Assembly (NCBI GenBank): GCA_951406725.2
Contig: OX597820.1
Coordinates: 96,100,001-96,164,000, forward strand
Origin: Octopus vulgaris
Lineage: Eukaryota
Direction of reading: 5' to 3'
Length of the DNA stretch: 64,000 nt
Below are positions 30,867-43,594 of this stretch, piece after piece. Position numbers and translations under genes: made by a program. The notes below the pieces were generated by a model. That model was not told the DNA's origin, did no database searches, and was given only the letters and a program-made list of their open reading frames with translations. Each line of letters begins with the position of its first letter. The stretch's first letter is position 1.

Positions 30867-31224
30867 TCACTAGTTTCAGAAATTTCACTGCGGCTATGCT
30901 AGAGCGCCGCCTTTATTCGAACAAATCGAACCACAGGACATGTTCTTTGTAAGCCTCGTATTTATTCTATCGGTTTCTTTCAGTTTTCGTTGGTCGACCC
31001 GAGGCTATAGAAGAAGACTGAACCTAGAACCATGTTGTTGGTAAGTGACCTACTTATTATAAAAACCACTCTTGCTAAATATATAAATGAGAATCAAATT
31101 AGGCAAATCAATTATTCTCATTTCTATATTCGTCTAACGCCTCAAGTTCGAATCTCTTGAGCTCTTCAAATATAATTATATATATACACGAATACACATA
31201 TATACGTATACATATTGCATATGC

Positions 31225-31296
<72 letters not shown>

Positions 31297-31315
31297 CTCT
31301 ATCTATCTATCTATC

Positions 31316-31461
<146 letters not shown>

Positions 31462-32139
31462 GATCCATTCAACCGTTACAACTCCGAACTTAATTCCACA
31501 GAACTTTCTAAAACTTATCGCAGAAAATTTTTGAATGAATATTTTCTGCGATAAGTTATCAAAGAAGAATATTGCATTCATTATTGTTTTTTATGTTCAT
31601 GAAATTTAATTCTTTTTTTTTTTTCCATTATTCATAAAGAAGAAAACTCCATACATTTTCGAGACTCTACTAACTTATTAATAATCGTAGCAAGAAGAAG
31701 AGAGAGAGATTTGTGATATTATATTGATTTCAATTTTTGACTTAAGGCTAGTAATTTGCTATTTCAGGTCAGGGAATAAATTGATTATATCGATCCCAGT
31801 GTTTGACTGGTACTTCTTTTATCGACGCCTTGGCAGAATTTGAAATCAGAACCTAAAGCGCGACAAAATGCCGCTAAGCATTTTCCCGGCGTGCTAACGA
31901 TTCTGCTCACTCGTCGCCATACCTGTGATATTACATTGATTGATATTACCCTTTATCAAAACGAAATTGAAATGTTTGACGGAAAAATATTTCCGTGCAT
32001 TCTTTTAGCCAACGTTAATACAGATCGAAAGCCTGTTGTTTGATGACTTGCAACGCGCTGTTTCACTTTTCATATCATTATGGTAGAAGAAAGTCCAAAA
32101 TTGAACTTCGCTGCAGCCGTCGGCGGGCGCGAGCTCATT

Positions 32140-32650
32140 AAAATTAAAATGGAAGAAATACAAACCTATTTCGGATTGATCACTGACAAAGACGGTGAAT
32201 CTAGGATAACACCACCAAACAAAATTAAAAATTAAAGAAAAGAAAAGACTATTGTCTATAAAGTATACAATGTAGAGAAAAAAAGATTTGAACACCTGGA
32301 GGAAAGCACCATCGAAATGTGTCTTGGTGCGACTATGAAAGATATCTAACCAGAGGCAGTAAATTCGCCACAATAGAAGCAAGTTTGAAGTCAAAGGAGC
32401 GTGCAAGGGAGTACTCGACTCGAACCTTGCAAAGTGGAAATATTTAATTTTTACCTTTATATCTGGGACGTAGGACGTCCGGATAAAAATTTAAAATGTC
32501 CCCCCAGAAGTAGAGGTAGGCTGGATTGTAGCCACACTTCTATACAAGAGGGAGGACAAGATACAATTGATCGAAATTGCAAGAGACGGGCCTACAATTC
32601 CAGTCTGTTATATATTTTGAGTATTGTTATCACTAGCGATATCAAGATAT
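32140..32650 (+). pseudogene. Degraded ORF1 homologous to 8382-8843
   Basis: YLTRGSKFATIEA and LPLYLGRRTS align by eye with VARGVNYATVWL and FLPTYCGKKLT. Confidence 0.55.
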
Positions 32651-32808
32651 AACTTTGTATTTTTTATTTTTATGTGTAGATGTATATATATATAGATGTA
32701 CATGTAATATGTACACATATATACATGCACTAGCACTATGACCCGGCAACGACGGGTCATAATGCTAGTATATATATATATGTATACATAAATATATGTA
32801 TATATACA

Positions 32809-32863
<55 letters not shown>

Positions 32864-32886
32864 ACATAAATATATGTATATATACA

Positions 32887-32925
<39 letters not shown>

Positions 32926-32935
32926 CTTTTCAAAA

Positions 32936-33139
32936 TGTGACCTCGGGTGTACCGTTGGCGATTTTTTCCCTCTGTCTTCCCTTCCCGGGATCTTTATTTC
33001 TCCTATGTTTCCGACTAAGAGCTCCGCTCGAAACGTTAGACCCTCCTTCTTCCCTTCTTTCCTGAGCATCCAATAATACTATATTTGTTCCACGTCCTCG
33101 CGTTATTGTGTTTTTTTGTGTTTTCTTGTTTGGATTAAC

Positions 33140-33140
<1 letters not shown>
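32936..33140 (+). mobile_element. HHR family C element; degenerate HHR at 33007-33041
   Basis: GTTT-CCGACTA-aGAGC tcc GCTC-GAAAC-GTT-AGAC; flanked by (TA)n. Confidence 0.7.
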
Positions 33141-33176
<36 letters not shown>

Positions 33177-33829
33177 TATGCGTATATACAGGCACGCAGA
33201 GGTACACAGAATTGCAAATATATGTGTGATTATGTCTATGTTCGTGTGTGTGTGTTTGTGCACCATAATTGTGGATATATATTTGATATTTCCCAACTTT
33301 ATCGCTAATGTTTCTAAACTTGACACCCCCTTTTAAAGGTCTTCCACTGTTTATAATCCTAATGGAATGTTTGAAATACGTACATTTGTTGAAATTTTAT
33401 ATTTTTTGTTATAAGTGGCTCCGTATATCTTTTCGTTTTTAGTTTTGGTTGAATATGTGTTATACATAAATATATTGAGAGATTATGTTTCCATCTTTTT
33501 ATAATTGTATTGTTTCTTACTCCATTTTCTTTCTGTTAATCCTTCAATGCTATTTTATGCAATTGAAGTTAAGAGCATGCGTGACCTTCTTCTAGCCCAC
33601 TATATTAGCTACTTTCTGTCTCTGTCTGCCTGTCGCTCTTTCTGTCTATCTCTATCTCTCTGTGTATGTATGTATGTATTTATGAAAATATATACTTATA
33701 TGTATATTTTGTCAGTTATATAATGGAAATCTCTGTAAGGGAGAATAGCTATTGACAGCTGTACGAATGTCATCATATATCATGTTTGTATTATTGAAAT
33801 CTTTCTATTATTATTACTCCGTGTAGTGG

Positions 33830-35330
33830 GTGGTGAGCTAGTTGAAATGATTGAGATGGGTGGGCTGGCAGAATCGCAGAAGCATGGGATGAAATGCTTT
33901 CCAGCTATTACTTCGATATTTTACTCTCAAATCCCGCTGAGATTAAACTTTGACCGTCTATTTCAGGGTCGATAAAATAAAGACCTGTTGAGCATCGGAG
34001 TCGATGGTATCGAAATACAATCTCTCCTCGTGTATTGCTTAATTCAATTCCACCGTATGAAGTAGAAGCAACTGCAATTCAGATGGCTGCCACTCACGGG
34101 CATAAATATTTACTGACGAGTGATACAAAACTTCGTTGCCATCGAAACATTAAATAAGTGAATAAATAAAAATTATTTTATAGTCTAGTACCAAGATATG
34201 TTCATGGCATACACTCTAATGACATCGCGACGGCAGAAATAGAATAATGTTTAATAAATGTCTTGTAATATTGATTTCAAATAAGGCGGCGAGCTGGAGG
34301 AATCGTTAGCACACCGGGCGAAGTGCTTAACGGTGTTTCGTCTGCCGTTACGTTCTGAGTTCAAATTCCACTGATGTCGACTTTACCTTTCATCCTTTCG
34401 GGTCGATTAAATAAATACCAGTTATGCACTGGTCTCGATGTAATCGACTTAATCCCTTTGTCCTTGTCCTCTCTACGTTTAGCCTCTTGTGGGTAGTAAA
34501 GAGATAATATTGGCACAAGGCAAGCACTTTCGCGGGAAAGGAATATATTGATTACATGAATCCTTGTCCTTAACTGACGCTTATTTTATCGATCCCAAAA
34601 GGATGAAAAGCAAAGTCGTCTTCGATAAAATTTGAATTCAGAATTCCGCTGAGGTCGAATTTGCCTTTAATCAGTTCAGATTCGATAAAATATACACCAG
34701 TTGAGAATTGGGGTCTATGTAATCAACTTACCTCTTTCACCGAATTTTCTGGCCTAATGCCACAATTTGAAAGAAATATCAAGATACATACCTTTATGTA
34801 CTTCATTCAGTTCTCTGAGAGGGCCATTTCCCCTCTCATTTTCATACTAAGTTTATCAAATAGGTAACATTAAAATAATGAAGGCCGATTAAATTGACTC
34901 TACATTCTTGCAAAATGTTGAAGTTTTAAGCTAAAAGAAAAAGCAAAATGTTCATCATTAGTACCGTAGAAAGTTGGCAGGCCGGACAAAATACGTAGTG
35001 TCAATTCTTTCTTCCGGCTTTACGCTCTAAGTCCAAATAGTATGGATTTTTATTATCGCTTCTACCGCAAATCTGGTATTGTATATCTATTCGTATTAAG
35101 GCTTCCTTTAAGGCGACGAGCTGGCAGCAGCGTTACCCTACCGGGAAAACACTTACTGGCATTCCTTCCAACTTTATGCTGTGAGTTCAATTGCCGCCGG
35201 GTTCGACTTTATCCTCCTATCCTTTTGAAGTCGATAAAATAAGTACCAGTTACGCACTTGGATCAATGTAATTGACTTACCTCTTTCTCCGAAATTGCTG
35301 GCCTTTGAAATCCATATTAAGGCTTCCTTT
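33830..35330. mobile_element. Cluster of several SINE family 2 copies and fragments
   Basis: ggcggcgagctgg heads near 34285 and 35111; recurring gtcgataaaataagtaccag. Confidence 0.75.
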
Positions 35331-36127
35331 TAACTTTACTCCGAATATTTAATAGTAACCAGTATAAGAAGAGTTTGTTCCCAGTAAATAAACGACATCA
35401 AACAACTTGTTTCAGAGGAATTATCAATAGTAAAACCGTTCTCAATCGATATTTCTTTTAATTCGAAATTGTTGGTAAAGAACATTTAAGTATATGGCTT
35501 GCTTTATTTCTGCGTTTCATGTTCACTACTCATATTAATGTTAATTAATTTTCTTTGTTTCTTTTGTACTTTTATGACGTATGTTTGGTAATCCTTGATC
35601 TCCTTTTTTGGTTCCACACACACACATTCTCTCTCTATTTCCCTCTCTCCATCTCTCCCTCTCTTTTTTCCGCCTGTTTGTTTTTCTGTGAGTGCGTGTA
35701 TGCAAGAATAAGTGTGTATGTGTCGTGCAAATTGAACTTCTTATCTATATGACCATGACGAAGTATATACCTCACAGCTATGAAACAAGCGATGATAGTC
35801 TGATTGTCTATCTGCTTTTACTCAACTCAATGTCGACTAAAAAACATTAATATACTCGTATTTAGCTATGTTTGATTTTGCAAACAAAGAAGCTTAAAGC
35901 ATTTGAAGAGATGTGTTTTTATCTTTGGGTAATTTTCCTGGGTAAAATACTGCTGCCATTAAAAGAAAGGTTTAACCTTCTTAGATACGAATTATACTGT
36001 TAAGTCATTCATCTTTCCCTTAACGTCTTCATCTTCATCGGAACCGTCGTCATCAACACAACCACCACAGTTCCCATCTGCATCGTCATCAACGATCGCT
36101 GTCACAAACACGACTACTAATGTAACC

Positions 36128-36358
36128 TATTTCTTTACTACCCACAAGGGGCTAAACACAGAGGGGACAAACAATGACAGACAAACGGATTAAGTCAATT
36201 ACATCGACCCCAGTGCGTAACTAGTAGTTAATTTATCAACCCCGAAAGGATGAAAGGCAAAGTCGACCTGGGCGGAATTTGAACTCAGAACGTAACGGCA
36301 GGCGAAATACGGCTACGCATTTCGCCCGGCGTGCTAACGTTTCTGCCAGCTCGCCGCA
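36128..36358 (-). mobile_element. SINE family 2, full length with 12-bp TSD
   Basis: actaatgtaacc at 36116-36127 and 36359-36370; B-box gagttcaaattcc on minus strand. Confidence 0.92.
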
Positions 36359-36579
36359 ACTAATGTAACCACCATTATCGCACCCAATACTCATAAATCA
36401 TTACAATCATTACAATTATCCTTACATAAATCATTACAATTATCCTCCTCACTACAATTATTATGATTATCATCACTCCTCTACGACCAGCGCCGTTGCC
36501 ACCCGTTCATTGGCGATACAAAACTATCACTAGTATTACCGTCAACATTAGTATATTCGCCCACTAAAATAGCGTTTAC

Positions 36580-37015
36580 ATTTTTACATTCTGCTTAGCT
36601 TCTACGACCTCGAGTTACCTTCTATACTACTATACTCAGGGTAACTTTTAACCCCTTTATATCCTTTCACAAAACTATAGAAACTATAATGGTTTCTATT
36701 GCATTACTCGTGTAGAGATATAAAATTAGGCGTAGTGTTTAGCTGCATATTTAAGGTTCGTGTTTAGATGTAGCAGGTAAATCGAATGTAGAAGTTTTGA
36801 CTAGTCTAAAGGTTAAGTCGAGTATAGAGATTTACTAGGTAGCTGAGTATAAAGGTGCAGAAGTTAGTCTGGTTATTGAGATGTAGAAGGTAATCTTGCA
36901 TACAGCCATGCAGAGGGAACTCGAGTATTGAACTGTACAATGTAAGCCAAGTGCAGAGATGTAAAAGGTCTATCGAGAGTAAAGATTTTGCAGGTACGTC
37001 GTATGTAAATGCGGA
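36580..37015. repeat. Degenerate minisatellite, period about 26 bp
   Basis: Recurring agatgtag.aggtaa.tcgagt.ta-like units. Confidence 0.45.
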
Positions 37016-37714
37016 GAATAAACCATTCGCCCCTGGAAGGGTTCCTTATATATAAGCAAGGGAATTACCCATACATTTTCCTAAATTACTTTGTAAAATG
37101 AAATTGAGTATGCCTATTTCTTTGTATTTGAACTGTTAGAGTTATTTTCGCAATTTATTCAGTACAACCCTTAAACAAGTAAATAGTATTTTCCTAAACA
37201 ATAGATCCACTAATTTCGGTTAGTGAATATACCAACACTAGCGTCACTGAGTGTAATATTCTGTGGGAACGCACAAATGCCCTTTTCAGAGTTATTTACT
37301 TTGAATTGTTATTATCTCATATCTGATTAGCCTGCTAATCGATTTTAGTTTATATACCTTATTAGTACTTACTCCTATGCTTTATATACTCTGGAAACGC
37401 ATTAAATCCCTTTTCGGTGCTAATTTATTTGAATTCTTACTATCGGGTAACTAATTTTATGCTATTACATAACTGACTTCTCAGTTTGGGTATTCATAAC
37501 TTATTGGGAATTCCTAAAAACAAGATCCTGTGTAAGACAGTTCGGTATTCTCTGAAAATGCATAAAAACCGTTTTAAGGGCTACATACTTTGTATTGTTG
37601 TTATAGGATTAACGAAACAATTATGAGAACGGAACCAAGAGATAAGCCCCACTTTCCCGGGATTTACTGGGTACGTCAGCTAGTACATACATTCATACAT
37701 GCATACATGGACAT

Positions 37715-37750
<36 letters not shown>

Positions 37751-37917
37751 TCTTCGTGGAAAATAGCGATTTTGACGTCTATATCTAGCATGTTGACCTT
37801 CCACTTTTAGTGGTGAATCCTTTAAATTTTGTATGTAAAAATATTTTAATCTTCAGATTTTTTTAATATGCTGGGCCACTGGTTTTAATTGATTAATATC
37901 AATTTCAACCCTTATTC

Positions 37918-37976
<59 letters not shown>

Positions 37977-38207
37977 TAATTAATCAATATAGGGTGGCAA
38001 AAAAAAATTTTGTAGAATTTTTTTGCCACCAGCGGCCTAGTGGGAAAAAATTAAATAGTCATAGACCATTTATAAGTTCAACATCACAATCAAGGAACGG
38101 CCATAATAGGCCATTCACCCACTAGAAATAACAGCCAAAGCTTCAACCGCAAAATAACATTAATTCCGCAAACCAGGAGAAAATTAAAAAAACATTTACC
38201 CTGTATT

Positions 38208-38310
38208 TTCTTATACGATGCACCGTTTCATCTATTGTTTAATGGTAAACTAACCTGATTAAATTAAATCAAGCCAATCTTCCATAGGCCGATAGATTCG
38301 TCAGTAAGAA
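38208..38310 (-). ncRNA. Hammerhead ribozyme, long stem II (inverted copy)
   Basis: Reverse complement of 38512-38614. Confidence 0.85.
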
Positions 38311-38511
38311 ACAGCCAGATCGGAACAGATATTTTCACGAGGCACTTCAATCCCTGCCTCGGCAATATCTGACCTAAAATTTTCAAATCATCGCACTCGC
38401 GCCAAATTTATCGATGATTTGAAAGTGCGATGATTTGAAAATTTTAGGTCAGATATTGCCGAGGCAGGGATTGAAGTGCCTCGTGAAAATATCTGTTCCG
38501 ATCTGGCATGT

Positions 38512-38614
38512 TTCTTACTGACGAATCTATCGGCCTATGGAAGATTGGCTTGATTTAATTTAATCAGGTTAGTTTACCATTAAACAATAGATGAAACGGT
38601 GCATCGTATAAGAA
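38512..38614 (+). ncRNA. Hammerhead ribozyme, type I, long stem II, intact
   Basis: TTCTTA-CTGACGA-ATCTAT[56 nt]ATAGAT-GAAACG-gtgcat-CGTA-TAAGAA; predicted cut after 38608. Confidence 0.85.
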
Positions 38615-38998
38615 ATTACAGGGTAAATGTTTTTTTAATTTTCTCCTGGTTTGCGGAATTAATGTTATTTTGCGGTTGAAGCTTTGGCTGTTATTTCTAG
38701 TGGGTGAATGGCCTATTATGGCCGTTCCTTGATTGTGATGTTGAACTTATAAATGGTCTATGACTATTTAATTTTTTCCCACTAGGCCGCTGGTGGCAAA
38801 AAATTCTACAAAATTTTTTGCCACCCTATATTGATTAATTATGAATTTTCTGGTTAATTCCGTAATGGAATCGGCGGCTTATATTTATTTGCTGCCGATA
38901 AATTTGGCGCGAGTGCGATGATTTGAAAATTTTAGGTCAGATATTGCCGAGGCAGGGATTGAAGTGCCTCGTGAAAATATCTGTTCCGATCTGGCTGT

Positions 38999-39101
38999 TT
39001 CTTACTGACGAATCTATCGGCCTATGGAAGATTGGCTTGATTTAATTTAATCAGGTTAGTTTACCATTAAACAATAGATGAAACGGTGCATCGTATAAGA
39101 A
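38999..39101 (+). ncRNA. Hammerhead ribozyme, second tandem copy
   Basis: Same sequence as 38512-38614; predicted cut after 39095. Confidence 0.85.
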
Positions 39102-39245
39102 ATTACAGGGTAAATGTTTTTTTAATTTTCTCCTGATTTGCGGAATTAATGTTATTTTGCGGTTGAAGCTTTGGCTGTTATTTCTAGTGGGTGAATGGCC
39201 TATTATGACCGTTCCTTGATTGTGATGATATATATATATATATAT

Positions 39246-40190
39246 ATTAAAATGAGGAGAGTGAAGAATTTGAACATTCAAACGTTTTGTTTATTTCCAG
39301 TTAGAATACAATTCTGACATGTGTTTCGATCGCACCAGTCGCATATTGTTGCATATTCATATGCAGCGGCTTATGCATTATTGGTGCGATCTCTTCAGGG
39401 CAAATAAATTTGACATCGTTTGAAGTGGAATTTTCCTCCTTAGTTAGTTTGAATTAGATTTGGTAGCAGTACTAAACTCTGAACATTCCTGAAGGAGATG
39501 TTTTTCTCGACTGTTTGGGTGAAATTCAAAAGCATCAGCAGCAGTGATTGTTGAGGTCAACAACTGTTCCTGGTTAAGCTGGGGGTGATTAGTTATAGAA
39601 TACTTATTTTTGAATGATTCTACATACTTTATAGAAACAAGGCATATTGATAGCATTCACAGTTGATTGCATTATTTGAATTTTGTGAAGGTTATTTATA
39701 GTAGTAGTTGATAATTGCTAATAAGATAAAACAAGGTGGTTATTTAAGAATAAAAAAACGAATAGTCTGTTGCATTTTCAATTCTTCTAACTTGTTACTT
39801 TTTATTTATAGGTTTTAAAGTGTTTTTAGGTTAAATTATATATAATGTAATATAAATCTATAAATTGAATTTAATTTTTATATTCTTAATATGCGTCTTA
39901 ATAATATAGTTATTATAGTCAGGTTTAGAGAAAAGGTTTATGGATATTATATAAATTAATGCATCCTATTATTCAAATTTCTTAAAAAGAAAACGTTTGT
40001 GTAAGGAATTAAAACTTATTTCTAGTCTAGTGTTAACTAATTTATGTTAACCAATAATGCGTAAATCACTGCATATGAATATGCAACAATATGTGATTGG
40101 TGCGATCGAAACACGTGCCGAACTTTTATTCTCTGTGGAAATAAACAAAAAGTTTAAATGTTCAAATTCTTCATTCACATCATTTTAATA
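39246..40190. mobile_element. HHR family F head-to-head element
   Basis: 39246-39385 inverted at 40050-40190 (diverged); right arm lacks the CUGANGA half. Confidence 0.7.
39313..39401 (-). ncRNA. Hammerhead ribozyme, long stem II (family F); stem I decayed
   Basis: CTGAAGA-GATCGCACCA[44 nt]TGGTGCGATC-GAAAC-acat-GTC. Confidence 0.7.
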
Positions 40191-40379
40191 TTGTTCTTTA
40201 CACTCTAAGTAGCCAAGAAAACAATTGGTACATTAGATGAGAGCTGAAGGTAGATTACCAAAAACGTACCATTGGAAGGAACCAGCGTTAGTATTTTACT
40301 CTGAGAAGTTCGATATGTGCCTGGATATCATATCCCTCCTCTTACTATATATACATGCATACATGCATATATATATATA

Positions 40380-40457
<78 letters not shown>

Positions 40458-40463
40458 CCCCCC

Positions 40464-40498
<35 letters not shown>

Positions 40499-40500
<2 letters not shown>

Positions 40501-41080
40501 GTAGAACCACGCAATTCAAGTGTATCGGTGTACGAGTAATTTTCTGTACGAGCCGAGAGTGGTGCGAATTTTTGCCTTCAAGTACGATTGGAAATCTGCA
40601 GTACGAGCGAGTTTCATACAAGTGACCTCTAGTCGGCGCTGACCTCGCACACGCTCTCCCAACAAGTTCAGCCTCCGCTCGCTCAGTTCATGTGTTTATC
40701 TCGTTGTGGCAACATCTCTGTTGTGTTTTTCCAAGCATTTTGTTTTTAATATTGTGCGTTTTTTTTTGCTATTATTTTATAATGATTAGTTGTGTTAGCC
40801 ATAGACGCTAAGAAAGTTAGTGCAAAGGACAATGCTGAGAAGAAAAAGTTGTTTACGATAGAATTGAAAAAGGAAATCAATGAAAAGTATGAGGAGTTCG
40901 CGTAGTGGATATACCTCGACAACCGAAGCACGTTGACGATCTGTACTATCCTGAAAAAAAAGGACGAAATCAAGTCCGTTGCAACAGCAAAGGATGTCTC
41001 CAGGCTCTCCATGCAACGTGCATCTGTCCACGTGAGGAATAAAATTGCTTCTCCGGTGGATTAACGAAAAGCAACTCGGC
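40499..41080 (+). mobile_element. pogo/Tigger DNA transposon 5' fragment
   Basis: cagtagaacc end; KKVSAKDNAEKKKLFTIELKKEINEKYE and TICTILKKKDEIK are CENP-B-type HTH remnants. Confidence 0.75.
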
Positions 41081-41089
41081 ATTTACTTT

Positions 41090-42830
41090 CTCACTTTTTA
41101 TTCCAAAATCAAGTTGCAGTTTGACACTTCGAGATCGAGCAAATCCATTGTCCTGATTCTCTCCAAAGTAATAACCTTATGGTTATGTAATTATCAATAT
41201 TATTTCAGCTTATTTTGCTGGGTATTATGGAAAGTGTCAAAGTGAGACTTGTTTACTGATCATGCTTCAAGTACCCTACGGAGAACTCTTGCAGTTCCAT
41301 GATGATTTTAGTAGGTATTCTATCTTTATATCCGTTCTAATATTTTTGAGCCACAATGGTAGTTCGGTGCAGAGCGCTAATCTCTATCGGTATCACGTCC
41401 ACTCACTCCATTGCCTACAAACTTCGTATTTCCTACTTCAGTTCATCCTAGTTTTTCACATTTCCTCTCCTTTCACTTCGATTCTGTTGTCAGTAGGATA
41501 TGCTATGTCTTATCAGGCATGTTTTTTCTCATCACAATATCAGGTTTCCGACGTCTAATCTGAATCATTGCATCCTACAGAATTTTGCAATTCTCTTTCT
41601 CAGTGGTTCTTTCTGATCAGTGTCACTCTTGGGATGGAATGCAACATCAATGTCAATTGTTTCCATATCTTCTTTCTTTTGCCATTTTTTAAATTCCACC
41701 TCCATACCAAACTGATGCTATCACCCATGTATTTACTGCTTGGATTCTATTCCTTTCAGCCAATTTTGAGCGCACCACCAATCTTAGTCTTCAGAAATAT
41801 TCTTTACTCAGCGCTTCTTTCATTTCCATCACTATGATTTCATTGAACTCAGAGTATTCCGTATCTGGTAATTCTATCCCCACCAGGGACAGTATCTTGC
41901 CTCTTTCCAGGCTCATTATACCACACGTGTTCGAATTCTATCTTACCATCAGCTTCTTATACCCAGCTACTTGCTGAGTATAAAAATCAGTTTGCTTCAG
42001 ACCGCTGAGCCATTCAGCTCCAGAATTGTGTTGCATTGGCTTAAACTATATCTCACCCCAAAACTGTAGATTTTCATCTGAATCAGGAAATAACATTTCG
42101 CATGATAAATCATCATTAATATCTCGATAAAATCTTTTTTGGTCGATTGTAAACAATGATTTTCCTGATATTGTTTAATTCGTTGCTGAAACTTAGTCTT
42201 GCTTCCTTGACAAGTATGTGTTGCTCTTCAGTACATACTGCTCTGCAATAACAACATTTAGTCTATTCGTATCAACGCCATACTTCTTCAGTTTTTCAAA
42301 CTTACTATCGTTCTTCAATTCGTCTTTGTTTCAATGTGTTTCAATAAATTCACTTTACTTGTTTCTTGATTTAGTTTCCCTTGGTCAGCCTTCTTGAAGC
42401 CATACAGGAATTTTGTCTCTTCTGCATTTGATAGATCCCAAACCCTGCTTACTATCGTCTGGTCTTCATCGTTTAAATGATCTCTGATCTCGATTCTTTC
42501 ATTACTCATACCAGTATATTCTTGCGAGTCAATTCCTTCCATTATGCCACTTTTGTTTAGCACAACATTACCTGGTATGCTTATTTTGATAGATGCTAAC
42601 TCCAATTCTGATAACCACCCGTCTTTCCGTATTGCTCTTGCTTGATCATATAATCTCAGTTTGGTAATTTCAGACATTTCCATCCCCTTCCATTCTCTGT
42701 GCATTCTTTGTCTGTATCCTCTGACTAATGCGGCATCTACTGTAACACTCTACAACCATCATGATTATTTGTTTACTCCACATTTGTATCGTAACATAGT
42801 TAGCAGTTGCTGGATTACGACTGGGCCTAC
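41090..42830 (-). mobile_element. R4/Dong-clade non-LTR element, N-terminal and RT part, degraded
   Basis: RLYDQARAIRKDGWLSELEL, LFTIDQKRF, NYQIRNTL; next to an (AAT)n(GAA)n tract. Confidence 0.7.
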
Positions 42831-42934
42831 CCAGTTGTAAGATGTGTACTTTTAATAGTAGTGGTGGCAATGAAAATTTTAGTAAGAGTAATGATAATGA
42901 TGGTGGTAATAGTGGCAAGTGGTAATAAAAGAAG

Positions 42935-43136
<202 letters not shown>

Positions 43137-43594
43137 GCGAATGCTAGGGTGGTGAAAGGATTTGAGAACGCTTCATTTATAACATACCCCAAAGGTCTGC
43201 GCCAAACACATCCTCAGACAGCCAAGACCAACCTCTGAACTGCGCAGGGCGAAGCCGTTTGCTACTGTTTCCAGTTTGCGACCAATAAGATACGTTTTGG
43301 CCAAGTCTAGTGTAGATATAAACCCACTACATCATAACACCTTTCGTAGTCTTTCTGTTCAATCATTTCACAGGCAAATACAGGGGTCATACTCTTCGCT
43401 TCAGCACAACTGAGCTGATAATATTTGACTTTCGGTTTCACACCTCTAGTAACTTTTTTGACTAAATCTGTTACTTCTCTTTTGGGAGGGATTTTCGTTT
43501 TTTTTTTTCAAGTAGATTTGGTCAATACAACGTAAATATTTTTGTACTTAATTGGTATTTTCCTTGTAATTTTCTCTTTCTTCTTTTAAATTTT

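Larger units (their letters stand above)
37972..39227. mobile_element. Retrozyme-like element: one inverted copy plus about 1.65 tandem copies of a 487-bp HHR unit, in (TA)n
   Basis: 37972-38413 is the inverse of the unit; + copies offset by 487-488 bp and nearly identical. Confidence 0.9.

Noticed and set aside
36580-37015. CRISPR-like periodicity
   Set aside because: No constant repeat with unique spacers; eukaryotic degenerate minisatellite
38425-38495. SECIS-like hairpin in the 487-nt unit
   Set aside because: The ATGA/GA quartet and apical AA spacing do not match; no associated ORF
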